64,000 nucleotides of DNA from Gemmatimonadota bacterium (GTDB lineage Bacteria > Gemmatimonadota > Gemmatimonadetes > Palauibacterales > Palauibacteraceae): NCBI GenBank assembly GCA_021295785.1, contig JAGWBR010000006.1, positions 17,229 through 81,228 on the forward strand, read 5' to 3'. Under the pieces are notes generated by a model that saw nothing but the letters and a program-made list of their open reading frames with translations, did not search any database and was not told the origin of the DNA. How positions within the stretch are numbered: the stretch's first letter is position 1; every line of letters starts with the position of its first letter. The translations under genes were made by a program, and so were the position numbers. Positions 1-8,674 of this stretch are shown here, piece by piece.

Positions 1-177
1 GCCGGCAAACCCCGCCAGGATACGTCCCCCTTGAAGCACGCGGAGCTTCGTGGCGCGGGCCTTTACGACCGTTTCGCCGAGTGTGACCTGACCGTCCCCT
101 GCCATGGCGACCGATTCCTCCCGCCTGACGCACACTATCGTGGTGGCCCGAATTGGGGCGGGACCGCTACCCGGCAT
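1..177 (-). CDS. hslV: ATP-dependent protease subunit HslV (ClpQ), 5' part only; gene runs off the left edge
   Basis: My own minus-strand translation (absent from the ORF track because it is truncated): [59 protein letters not shown]. This matches the HslV N-terminal signature (E. coli [48 protein letters not shown]). The start is uncertain: ATG 177-175 leaves 10 residues before the catalytic Thr codon (144-142). Confidence 0.8.
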   Translation of the reverse strand, partial: MPGSGPAPIRATTIVCVRREESVAMAGDGQVTLGETVVKARATKLRVLQGGRILAGFAG

Positions 178-1102
178 CGACGTCTTCCTCCGCTTCTCCC
201 CCGCCCCGCGGGTGCGCCTGCGCATGAACCTTCCGCAGACGTTCCACCGAGGTGTGGGTGTACACCCGTGTTGTGCTGAGGCTGGCATGCCCCAGCATGG
301 CCTTCACGGACACAAGATCGGCCCCCCCGTCAACCAGGTGGGTGGCAAAGGTGTGACGCAGCGAGTGGGTGCTGACCCGTGCCCCGTCCGACGCGATCTT
401 CAGCGCCTGGGTCGCGTCGCGCTGCAGCTGCCGAATCGACAGCCGATTGCCTTTCCGAGAAACGAACACTGCACGCTCGTCCGGGGCGTGCTTGCGGCGC
501 GCCCGCAGGTACGCGGCCAGGGCCGCGGCGGCCGCTGCACCCAGTGGCACGTCGCGCTCCTTGCCGCCCTTGCCCAGCGCGCGGATGCGGTCCGCGGCAA
601 CGTGGGTCGTGTCCAGCTGGTGGACCTCCGACACCCTGAGCCCGCACGAATACAGTGTCTCGAGCAGGGCCCACCGCCGAAGGTCCAGGAACGAACCGCT
701 CTCCTCTGCCGTGACCCGGGCCTGTTCGAGCATGCTCCGTGCCTGGTCCACCGTCAGATGCTCGGGCAAGGTCCGACCCAGTTTCGGCCCCCGGATCGAC
801 CGGGAGGGGTCGCCCTCAACCCGGCCCGTGCGGCGGAGAAAACCGTAGAACGAGCGAACGGCGGCCAGCCTGCGCCTCAGGGTGGTCCGCGCCAAACCCC
901 GCGCGGCCATCGAACCAAGGAAGGACCGGATCGTGGTGCGGTCTACTTCGCTCCAAGACCAGTCGCCGCCACCCTCGTGTCCGACCACGAACCGCTCGAA
1001 CTGACGCAGATCACGGGCGTAGTTCTCCACGGTTTTCGCGGACATCCTACGCTCGCCAGCTGCGTAGCGGAGGAAGTCGTCAAGCAGATCCTGCCTGGTC
1101 AT
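167..1102 (-). CDS. xerC: Tyrosine site-specific recombinase XerC/XerD family
   Basis: 311 aa. The N-terminal SAM-like region reads [28 protein letters not shown]. The catalytic C-terminus reads [38 protein letters not shown] (R..HxxR..Y). ATGA overlap with topA (1099-1102). Sits between topA and hslV. Confidence 0.9.
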   Translation of the reverse strand: MTRQDLLDDFLRYAAGERRMSAKTVENYARDLRQFERFVVGHEGGGDWSWSEVDRTTIRSFLGSMAARGLARTTLRRRLAAVRSFYGFLRRTGRVEGDPSRSIRGPKLGRTLPEHLTVDQARSMLEQARVTAEESGSFLDLRRWALLETLYSCGLRVSEVHQLDTTHVAADRIRALGKGGKERDVPLGAAAAAALAAYLRARRKHAPDERAVFVSRKGNRLSIRQLQRDATQALKIASDGARVSTHSLRHTFATHLVDGGADLVSVKAMLGHASLSTTRVYTHTSVERLRKVHAQAHPRGGGEAEEDVDAG

Positions 1103-3771
1103 TTCGCGGTTCGGCGGGCCGTCCGCCGCGGCGCCCGGCGTGTCTTTGTCCGACGCGCCCCGCCCCGCCCCCCACCCCTGGCTGCCATCCGCACCTTGCG
1201 TTCCTGGATCAACTCCAGTGCCCGGGGCAGGTCCACACCCCGCGGGTCCTCCTCGCGGCCCAGCGAAGCGTTGACTTTGCCATGCTGCACGTACGGGCCA
1301 TACCGCCCGTTCATCACCCGTATCGGCTCACCGTCGTCAGGGTGCGGCCCCACCTCGCAGATCACCGTATTCGACGTGCGACGGCCTCCGCGCTTGGGCT
1401 GGGAGAGCAGTTCCATCGCCCTGTCAAATCCGATCGTCAACAAGTCGTCCTGTTCCTTGAGCGACCTGAAGTCTCGTTCGTGCGACACAAACGGCCCGAA
1501 CCGCGACAGGCCCGCCTTGACCGGCTTCCCCGTCTCGGGGTGCTGCCCCAGGGTGCGGGGCAACGACAACAGCGCCAGCGCCGACTCCAGGGTTACGCTG
1601 CGCGGATCCATGTTTTTCGGCAATGATGACCGCTTCGGTTTCGGGGGCTTCGCGGCCTTGCCGGGCTTGGCGTTCCTGGTGGTTCCGGCGCCCGATTGGC
1701 CACTCCGGGCCTGGTCTCCGCCCAGCTGTACATACCATCCGTAGCGACCGTTCAAGAGGCGCACCGTCTCGCCCGTGGCCGGGTCCGTGCCGAGCTCCGA
1801 GGGGGCATCGTATTTCTCGCGGAACAACTTCTCGGCGAGTCCCGCCGTCAGGTCTGCCGGGGCCAAGCCGTCGGGGATTGATGCCGTCCGACGCGATTCG
1901 CCTTCGCCGCATTCCATGTACGGATCTCTTCGGCCGATCCGGACGCTCACCTGGTCTCCCTGCAGATCGAAGGGAAGCTCCACGGTAGACGCCTCGCGGG
2001 GATCGATGCGTTCCAATCCGGCCTCGAGTTTGCCCTCGAAGCCAGGCCCGTTCTCGCCGCCCCCCCCGTAGAACTCGCGGAGGTACTCGCGCCAGTCGAC
2101 CGAACCCGCTGCGATCCGGTCCAGGTCCTGTTCCATCTGCGCGGTGAACCGGGTGTCCACCAAGTCGGAGAAGTAAAGCTCCATCAGCCGGGTCACGGCG
2201 ACGCCCACGAAGTTGGGGATCAGCTGCTGTTTCTCTTTGTCAACGTAACCGCGCGAGACGATGGTCGAAATGATGGACGCGTAAGTGGAAGGGCGGCCGA
2301 TTCCCCTTTGTTCAAGCGCTTTCACCAGAGTCGCTTCGGTGTAGCGGGGGGGGGGAATCGTTTCGTGTTCTCTCGCCAACAGCTCGCGCAGGCCGAGTTC
2401 GTCGCCTTCACCCAGGGGGGGCAGCGGATCAGCCATACCGGCGAGCGCCGCCGCCGGGTCGGCGGTCCCCTCTACGTACGCACGCAGGTAACCGGGACGC
2501 ACAATCACCTTCCCCTCGGCCATGAACATCGCATCTGACGCCGTGGTTAGCACCGTGGTGCGGCGGGTCAGGGAGCTGGCCATTTGCGTGGCCACTGTGC
2601 GGCGCCAGATCATTTCGTAGAGCCGTTTCTTGGGACCGGACACGCGGTGGCGGGCAGCCAGTTCATCGGCCGTCTGCATCCCGGGCCCGGCCGGCCGAAT
2701 CGCCTCGTGGGCCTGCTGGGCGGCAGCGGACTTGGTCTTGTAGACCCGTGGCCGGGCGCTGAGGTGATCTGCCCCGTACAGGCTCGTGACCCGCTTCCTC
2801 ACCGCGGAGATCGCCTCGTTCGACAGGTGAGTCGAATCGGTACGCATGTAGGTGATCAACCCGGCCTGGTAGAGGTCCTGGGCCAGTCGCATCGTTTCCC
2901 GGGCGGGGAGGCGCAGGCGGCGGTTCGCCTCTTGTTGGAGCGTGGCCGTGGTGTACGGTGGCGGGGGCGACGTCCGGGATTCCCGGTGTTGAACGCCGGT
3001 TACCCGGAATGCCTGGTTCTCAAGGCGCTCTTTGAGTGTTTCCGCAGCCTCGCCGTCCAAGACCAGCTTGCGGGACCGGGGCTTGAGCTTCCCTGTGTTC
3101 TGGTCGAAGTCGCGGCCGGCGGCGACCTTCCTGCCCCCCACCTCCACCAGGTCGGCCGCGAACTCCGCGCCGGCGGTGGTCAACACCGCCCGGAGGCTCC
3201 AGTACCCCGCACCCTTGAAGGCGGCCCGTTCGCGCTCCCGCTCGACCAGAAGACGGAGGGCCGCGGACTGAACCCTGCCCGCCGACAACCCCGGCCTGAT
3301 CTTCTTCCAGAGCAGGGGAGAGAGCTCGTACCCCACCAACCGGTCCAGGATTCGGCGGGCCTGTTGAGCCCAGACACGGTTCAGGTCCAGATCGCCCTGT
3401 TCCTCCAGGGCCGTGCGGACCGCCGTCTTGGTGATTTCGTTGAAACGGATGCGGCGAAATCCCCCCGCGCCTGGGCGCCAACCCAGCTCTTCAGCAACGT
3501 GATAGGCGATCGCCTCGCCTTCGCGGTCAGGGTCAGTGGCGAGCAGCACCTGGTCCACGCGGCCCGCCGCGGCGCGAAGTTGCTTGAGGACCGGACCCTT
3601 GCCCGTAACAGTCACCCACTCCGGTTCAAAGCTCTCTTTGTCGACTCCGAGGCCGCTGACGGGGAGGTCCCGCACATGCCCCACGGAGGCCAGGACCTTG
3701 TAGCCCTTCCCCAGATAGCGCTCAAGGGTGCGCGCCTTGGCGGGTGACTCGACTATGACGAGACTACTCAT
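1099..3771 (-). CDS. topA: DNA topoisomerase I
   Basis: 890 aa. Toprim start MSSLVIVESPAKARTLERYLGKGYKVLASVGHVRDLP, and a type IA core (ITYMRTDS). The C-terminal region has three GRYGWYVQ / SRFGPFVS / GRYGPYVQ repeats and a basic tail, with no CxxC zinc ribbons. Confidence 0.97.
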   Translation of the reverse strand: MSSLVIVESPAKARTLERYLGKGYKVLASVGHVRDLPVSGLGVDKESFEPEWVTVTGKGPVLKQLRAAAGRVDQVLLATDPDREGEAIAYHVAEELGWRPGAGGFRRIRFNEITKTAVRTALEEQGDLDLNRVWAQQARRILDRLVGYELSPLLWKKIRPGLSAGRVQSAALRLLVERERERAAFKGAGYWSLRAVLTTAGAEFAADLVEVGGRKVAAGRDFDQNTGKLKPRSRKLVLDGEAAETLKERLENQAFRVTGVQHRESRTSPPPPYTTATLQQEANRRLRLPARETMRLAQDLYQAGLITYMRTDSTHLSNEAISAVRKRVTSLYGADHLSARPRVYKTKSAAAQQAHEAIRPAGPGMQTADELAARHRVSGPKKRLYEMIWRRTVATQMASSLTRRTTVLTTASDAMFMAEGKVIVRPGYLRAYVEGTADPAAALAGMADPLPPLGEGDELGLRELLAREHETIPPPRYTEATLVKALEQRGIGRPSTYASIISTIVSRGYVDKEKQQLIPNFVGVAVTRLMELYFSDLVDTRFTAQMEQDLDRIAAGSVDWREYLREFYGGGGENGPGFEGKLEAGLERIDPREASTVELPFDLQGDQVSVRIGRRDPYMECGEGESRRTASIPDGLAPADLTAGLAEKLFREKYDAPSELGTDPATGETVRLLNGRYGWYVQLGGDQARSGQSGAGTTRNAKPGKAAKPPKPKRSSLPKNMDPRSVTLESALALLSLPRTLGQHPETGKPVKAGLSRFGPFVSHERDFRSLKEQDDLLTIGFDRAMELLSQPKRGGRRTSNTVICEVGPHPDDGEPIRVMNGRYGPYVQHGKVNASLGREEDPRGVDLPRALELIQERKVRMAARGGGRGGARRTKTRRAPRRTARRTAK

Positions 3772-3804
3772 CCGTTGCTGGTTCCTCGTTGTTTCTCGGT
3801 TGGG

Positions 3805-4386
3805 TCATCCGTTGTCCTGGCTTTGGCGGGCCTCCGACCGGGCCGCCAGCGCGCGCAGAATACTCGCGGCGACCGCCTCGGGCGAGCATCCGTCAGTTTC
3901 CACATGCACCTCGGCTTCGGCGTATGCTGGCTCGCGGGTCCTCAACAATCCGCGCAGAGCGACCTTCGGACCTTCTGGTTCGGTCGCCAACATCGGGCGG
4001 CTGTCCACGCCAGACTTCCCGAGCCGGTCGATCGCCGTTTCCGGCCGAACTCTCAGCCAGACGCGGACCCGGCCGGGAGCACTGCGCTCAATATCGCTCC
4101 TGGCCATCCAACCGCCACCCGTCGCCACTATAGTCCGCCGCACATTAGACATCTGCTCGGCTGCGCGCGTCTCCAATTCCCTGAACCGCTCCTCGCCCCG
4201 GCTCTCAAAAACCGATTTGATTCCCTCTCCGGCGAGCCGTTCTATCTCGTCGTCCAAGTCGACGAACCGGTAACCCATCCGGCGCGCCAAAACCGGTCCA
4301 ACTTCAGATTTTCCGGCTCCCGACAGCCCGACGAGCCAAACGCTGAGCGGAGCAGACACGGGTTCGTGCGTTTCAGTTTCGGTCAC
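3805..4386 (-). CDS. aroK: Shikimate kinase
   Basis: Walker A LVGLSGAGKSEVG followed by RRMGYRFVDLDDEIERLAGEGIKSVFESRGEERFRELE. I moved the start to GTG 4386-4384, which overlaps the aroC TGA (GTGA). The ORF-track ATG 4479 would overlap aroC by 97 nt. Confidence 0.85.
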   Translation of the reverse strand: MTETETHEPVSAPLSVWLVGLSGAGKSEVGPVLARRMGYRFVDLDDEIERLAGEGIKSVFESRGEERFRELETRAAEQMSNVRRTIVATGGGWMARSDIERSAPGRVRVWLRVRPETAIDRLGKSGVDSRPMLATEPEGPKVALRGLLRTREPAYAEAEVHVETDGCSPEAVAASILRALAARSEARQSQDNG

Positions 4387-5591
4387 TTTCCGGGTATCGA
4401 AGTCGCCAGGCGCTGCAGATACGAGTCGACGTTGCAGCGCATCTCTCCCATCGAATCTCCCCCGAATTTCTCGATCCACACGTCGGCGAGCAGCAGACAG
4501 AGCACCGCCTCACCCACCACGGCGGCCGCGGGCACGGCGCATACATCGCTGCGCTCCTGAATTGCCTTGGCGGGTTCACCGGTCCGGGTGTTCACGCTTG
4601 CGAGCGGCCGGCGCAGCGAACTCAGAGGCTTCATGGCCGCGCGCGCGATCAGCGGTTCCCCGGTGGTCATACCGCCCTCCAGCCCGCCTGCATTGTTTCT
4701 CCTTCGTGAGTACCCGCCGGTCCTGGTCTTGGTCCGATCGAGATCGAACTCGTCGTGCACCGCGCTGCCACGTACCGAGGCAACCCCAAACCCCATGCCG
4801 ATCTCAACACCCTTCATCGCGTGGATTGACATGATCGCGCCTGCCACGCGGCCTCCAAGGCGGGTCTCCCAACTGACGTGGCTGCCGAGGCCAACCGGCA
4901 GCCCCGAGGCCACGATCTCAAAGACCCCGCCCAGCGAATCCCCGGCCCGGCGGGCATCGTCGATTGCCTGGACCATCGCCCGGCTGCCGACACTGTCCAG
5001 GCAACGAACCGGGTCCTTGTCGGCCTCGGCCCTGAAACCGGGTTGCAGCTGATCGGGCTCCGGCCGCGCCTCGACCGGTCCAATTCGGACCACGTGGCTG
5101 TCCACCTCAACGCCCCATTCGGCCAAGAACGAGCGCGCCAGGGCTCCGGCCGCGACCCGGGCTGCTGTCTCGCGGGCACTGGCCCTCTCCAGGATGTCGC
5201 GGGCGTCGCCGCGGTCGTACTTGAGCATCCCGGCAAGGTCAGCATGGCCGGGTCGCGGCAGATGCACGCGCCGCAGCGCCCGGTCGTCCGCGTCAGGCTC
5301 CGGTGCTTCGAGCGCCATGGCCTCGGACCAGTTGCCGTGGTCCTTGTTCGGAATGCGGATGGCGACCGGGGAGGCGATTGTCTCGCCGAGCCTGATTCCG
5401 GACATGACCTCGCCCAGATCCTGTTCGATCCGCATCCGTCCGCCACGTCCGTGGCCGCCCTGCCGCCGGGCCAAGTCCCGCCGGAGGGTCTCAAGCTCCA
5501 CTCCGAGCCCGGCGGGCAGCCCTTCCAGGATGGCGATTACCGCGGGCCCGTGGGATTCTCCGGCGGTGGTCAACCTCAGTCGTCTCAGCAT
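4383..5591 (-). CDS. aroC: Chorismate synthase
   Basis: 402 aa. MLRRLRLTTAGESHGPAVIAILEGLPAGL, followed by the ...RPGHADLAGMLKY... signatures typical of AroC. Confidence 0.95.
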   Translation of the reverse strand: MLRRLRLTTAGESHGPAVIAILEGLPAGLGVELETLRRDLARRQGGHGRGGRMRIEQDLGEVMSGIRLGETIASPVAIRIPNKDHGNWSEAMALEAPEPDADDRALRRVHLPRPGHADLAGMLKYDRGDARDILERASARETAARVAAGALARSFLAEWGVEVDSHVVRIGPVEARPEPDQLQPGFRAEADKDPVRCLDSVGSRAMVQAIDDARRAGDSLGGVFEIVASGLPVGLGSHVSWETRLGGRVAGAIMSIHAMKGVEIGMGFGVASVRGSAVHDEFDLDRTKTRTGGYSRRRNNAGGLEGGMTTGEPLIARAAMKPLSSLRRPLASVNTRTGEPAKAIQERSDVCAVPAAAVVGEAVLCLLLADVWIEKFGGDSMGEMRCNVDSYLQRLATSIPGK

Positions 5592-5640
5592 GCCCTGCTC
5601 CTCCCCTCACACTCCTGCCGAAGTCAGTTGCCAGCCCGGG

Positions 5641-7074
5641 TCACCCTCCTCTTGGAGTCAGAATCCGCGGAGTTACCAAGATCATGAGGTCCATCTTCAC
5701 CTCATTCACACTGCGAGAACGGAAAAGGCCGCCGATCAGGGGAAGGCGCATCAGACCGGGCACGCCCCGCTCGATCACTACGCGCTCGGCCAGTGTAAGC
5801 CCCCCGATTACGGCCGTTTCGCCGTCCTCAACCACCAGCGTCGTCTCCCCGACCTGCCGCTGAAATGTATAACCCTCGGCGCCGGTTGAGATTACGCCGG
5901 ACCGTTCGGCGGCCAGTTGCAGCCGGATGTTGCCATCTCCCAAGACCCGCGGAAGCACGTTCAGGATGATCCCCGTGTCCTCAAATCGGACGCTCACCCG
6001 AGCTTGTTCAAGCTGGGCGCCCGACTCCAGAACGCGGATCGGCGTGCGCTCTCCCACTTGGATGCGGGCCTCGGTGTTGTCCAGCGCGCGGATGGACGGT
6101 GCTGCCCGGACTTCGGTGAGGCGGGCGGTCTCGAGCGCTTCCAAAAAGCCGAACAGAGTGAAGTCCCCCAGGGCCGCGGCCACCAAGATCTGGAGCACCG
6201 GAGCGGCCACCCCCGCCCTGGCATCGGCCACGGCCGCGATGGCGGAGCCTCCGAAACTGACAATCGTCTCGTTGGTGAGATCGAATATGGCGGCGTCTGG
6301 CTCGCCGTCGCCGTCGGTGTCAACATCCTGCCGGCTGGCGGGGTCGGGGGCGGGAATTATGTGGTTAATGCCCTGCTCCACAGCGGCCCCCTGTCGGTCC
6401 TTCAGGTCGTAGGTAATGCCGAGGGCTTCGAGCCCCGATCTGTTCACATATATGATCTTGGCCTCGATCGCGATCTGCGGGCGGGGGCGATCCAGCTGGG
6501 CCACCACTCCAGCGATGCGGTCGAGCGCGGAGGGTGAGTCGGTGACCACCAGGGCGTTGGCCGCGGGATCGGCGACCACCTCCCCCAGGCCCGGAGTCAG
6601 CAAGTGCTGAAGGGAGTTCACGACCGCAACCGCCTCCGCGTGCTTCAATTCGAATACCGTTGCCTCGCGGCGGTAGCGCTGGCGGTCGTCCAGAGATTCC
6701 AGCCAGTCCACGACGATGATTCCCGCCTGGTTGGTTTCCCAACCGAGCCCCTGTGCCGTTAGGATCGCCTCCAGCGCATCCGGCCAGGGCCGGGACCGGA
6801 TATCCACCGCACGGATGGTCACGGCGGCCGCGTCGGCGTTGGGTGCAAACGAGAGGCCCGTGAACTCGGCGAGGGCCGCGAGCACATCCCTCACCTGAGC
6901 GCTGTCGAACGCCAGCGACACTCGCTGCGCGGTGAGGCCCGGGTCCCCTGCTTCGGGGCCCGCGACCGCTTCCGATTTGGTCGGGGCCCCCTCGGTGGCC
7001 TGGCCCCGGGTTTCCGCGACGTGGCCCGAGGCGAGTGCAACCGCCGCGGCCGCCAGGAGAACGCGGCGTTTCAC
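5641..7074 (-). CDS. pilQ: Type IV pilus secretin PilQ
   Basis: C-terminal secretin domain (ETAVIGGLT...GVPGLMRLPLIGGLFRS...MDLMILVTPRIL). N0/STN-like segment VSLAFDSAQVRDVLAALAEFTGLSF. Start set to GTG 7074-7072, giving the signal-peptide-like VKRRVLLAAAAVALASG and overlapping the upstream TAG by 1 nt. ATG 7125 is the alternative. Confidence 0.85.
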   Translation of the reverse strand: MKRRVLLAAAAVALASGHVAETRGQATEGAPTKSEAVAGPEAGDPGLTAQRVSLAFDSAQVRDVLAALAEFTGLSFAPNADAAAVTIRAVDIRSRPWPDALEAILTAQGLGWETNQAGIIVVDWLESLDDRQRYRREATVFELKHAEAVAVVNSLQHLLTPGLGEVVADPAANALVVTDSPSALDRIAGVVAQLDRPRPQIAIEAKIIYVNRSGLEALGITYDLKDRQGAAVEQGINHIIPAPDPASRQDVDTDGDGEPDAAIFDLTNETIVSFGGSAIAAVADARAGVAAPVLQILVAAALGDFTLFGFLEALETARLTEVRAAPSIRALDNTEARIQVGERTPIRVLESGAQLEQARVSVRFEDTGIILNVLPRVLGDGNIRLQLAAERSGVISTGAEGYTFQRQVGETTLVVEDGETAVIGGLTLAERVVIERGVPGLMRLPLIGGLFRSRSVNEVKMDLMILVTPRILTPRGG

Positions 7075-8057
7075 TAGCGGGGACTGCCCCCGGGCTCTTT
7101 CTGGTCCGCGGGACGGATCGTCCATGTTTCGCGGCGCGCAACCACCTCCCCTGCGCCGACCCCCGCCGTCACGATCACCGCGACCCCGGTCGGATAGATC
7201 CCGGTCACCAGGAGTGCGCCGGCCCGCTCGCCCTCTCCCAGAGCATGGCGATGTCCGGTGACGGGATCGGCAAACACGGCCACGCTGGCTCGCCGGTTGC
7301 TGTGGAGGATCCCAGTCAACACCAGTGAGGGCCCGCCGTGCGCTTCCCTGGTGTGAACCACCGGTGGCTCAAAGGGGTCGCGGGCGAATCTGTTCGCGGC
7401 GAGCAAACGGTCCAGTGGTGCCGGCAGAGGGGCTCGGCGGCCGGCCGGGCTGGCGCCTGGGTTGGTGACGGCAGCGGCGGGGGCGGCCGCGCCCGGGGTG
7501 GCGGAAGAGTGAACGGAGTATGTCTCGACAGACAATACCGCGCTGAGGATCCGGGGACCTTCGGCGGGCGCGCCTACGGGGCGGACCGACTCGACTCCGG
7601 GCCGGGCCATCCCGGGCAACGTCGCCGTTTGACCCAAGAACCGAGCAAGCCCGTGGTAGCTGCCTTCCGCCTCCACGCTCCAGTGCTGGCGCAGGAGACC
7701 CACGGCGGAATCCAAAACGGGGTCCGACGGCGTCAGGCGGAGAAGATCGACCCCTTGCCCGGCCGCGGCGGCTGTGAGCGCCCCGTAGGCCCGGCCAGCC
7801 TGGTCGGCCGAAGGAATCAATTCAACCAGCGCGGACGCCACCAGCAACTCCCGATCGACAGCTTTTTCGGTCTCCGAGACGGCGGGCTCGGTCTCGCGGC
7901 GCCGCTGGTTGCTTTCCTCCAGGGCCGTCACCTGCTCGCTGACAACATCAATCGCACGCTGCCGGGGCAGGACGACATTCTGGTACACCGGCACACCGGC
8001 AAGAACGATCAAGACGGCGGCCAGGTAATGGCTGCGTTTCGCACCGACCAGGCTCAA
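7074..8057 (-). CDS. pilO: PilO-like protein fused in frame to a PilP-like C-terminal domain
   Basis: Only the last ~327 codons of ORF 7074..8525 are used. TTG 8057-8055 overlaps the pilN TGA (TTGA). The order is a TM helix (HYLAAVLIVLAGVPVY), a coiled coil and PilO-like core, an Ala/Pro linker (~7416-7514), then a PilP-like module (ARDPFEPP...LVLTGILHSNRRASVAVFAD...GALLVTGIYPTGVAVIV). Confidence 0.65.
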   Translation of the reverse strand: MSLVGAKRSHYLAAVLIVLAGVPVYQNVVLPRQRAIDVVSEQVTALEESNQRRRETEPAVSETEKAVDRELLVASALVELIPSADQAGRAYGALTAAAAGQGVDLLRLTPSDPVLDSAVGLLRQHWSVEAEGSYHGLARFLGQTATLPGMARPGVESVRPVGAPAEGPRILSAVLSVETYSVHSSATPGAAAPAAAVTNPGASPAGRRAPLPAPLDRLLAANRFARDPFEPPVVHTREAHGGPSLVLTGILHSNRRASVAVFADPVTGHRHALGEGERAGALLVTGIYPTGVAVIVTAGVGAGEVVARRETWTIRPADQKEPGGSPR

Positions 8058-8674
8058 TCCACACCAGACCCGCTGGCCGGTGCCGACACCAACCGGGCAG
8101 AGACCGCGAACGCGTACCCACCGGCCGGGGAGCGCTGCGTTCCCAAGATCCGAACGTCTGTCAGCTGCGCCCAGTCGTGCAGTTTCCGGTGGAAATCGGT
8201 GACATCCAGGAGTGCGGCACCGAAACCCTGGATCTCCAACAGGGCGTCGGTCGCGCCGGGATCGTCGACGGGGTCCACCGTTATCCCGGTGAGCCAGACC
8301 GAGTCCGGGACATGCAGGGGCAGGCTGGCAAGGAACACCGGCCACACCAGCCGCAGCTCCTCCAACCGGTTGGCGGCCTCCCCGGCCCGACTGGCAAGTT
8401 CGGTCAGGGCCGCGAGGCTGTCCCGGGCGGTTGCACCACGCTCCAGCATGGCGGAGTCGGTCTGCGCTGTTTCCAAACGCATGCTCAGCGCCGCCTCCCG
8501 GTTCCCCTGGGCCCAAAGGACCCAAGCGCAGGCCACCGCGACCGCGAGGGCCAGGACCCCAAGCGCCACAACCGGCGTTGCGAATGGATTCCTCCCTTTG
8601 ACCGCGGGGTCGCGGGCCGGATCCCCCTGGGTTGGTCCCGCGGGGGGCTGGTTCCCAAGGTTGATGGTTATCAA
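8054..8674 (-). CDS. pilN: Type IV pilus assembly protein PilN
   Basis: TTG 8674-8672 overlaps the pilM TGA (TTGA). N-terminus LITINLGNQ (compare the PilN INLLP motif). One TM helix (VVALGVLALAVAVACAWVLW), then a coiled coil and periplasmic domain. Position between pilM and pilO. Confidence 0.75.
   Translation of the reverse strand: MITINLGNQPPAGPTQGDPARDPAVKGRNPFATPVVALGVLALAVAVACAWVLWAQGNREAALSMRLETAQTDSAMLERGATARDSLAALTELASRAGEAANRLEELRLVWPVFLASLPLHVPDSVWLTGITVDPVDDPGATDALLEIQGFGAALLDVTDFHRKLHDWAQLTDVRILGTQRSPAGGYAFAVSARLVSAPASGSGVD

Noticed and set aside
167-1102. The tyrosine recombinase as a marker of an integrated mobile element or phage.
   Set aside because: It is flanked by topA and hslV in a conserved housekeeping synteny and coupled to topA by an ATGA overlap. 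I saw no att-like repeats, tRNA or phage genes nearby.
104-1744. A 546-aa plus-strand ORF, and many similar long ORFs antisense to real genes. Examples are 2584..3747, 7338..8738, 8177..9865, 11391..12662, 12735..13829, 16047..17342, 23423..24862, 27470..29146, 28416..29813, 33545..34621, 35057..36046, 37945..39153, 44453..45781, 47250..48788, 48996..50228, 56897..58261, 58310..59344 and 62435..63862.
   Set aside because: These are typical high-GC shadow frames. Their translations are Arg/Pro/Gly/Ala-rich with no recognisable motifs. Each is fully overlapped by an opposite-strand or alternate-frame gene that has clear family signatures.
8058-8525. The N-terminal 156 codons of ORF 7074..8525. 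The same over-extension occurs in 8054..8866, 10879..11616, 27398..29554, 43814..45415 and 53888..55369.
   Set aside because: These extensions overlap the preceding gene in another frame and have junk-like composition. A start codon at the NTGA junction gives proteins of family-typical length with sensible N-termini.
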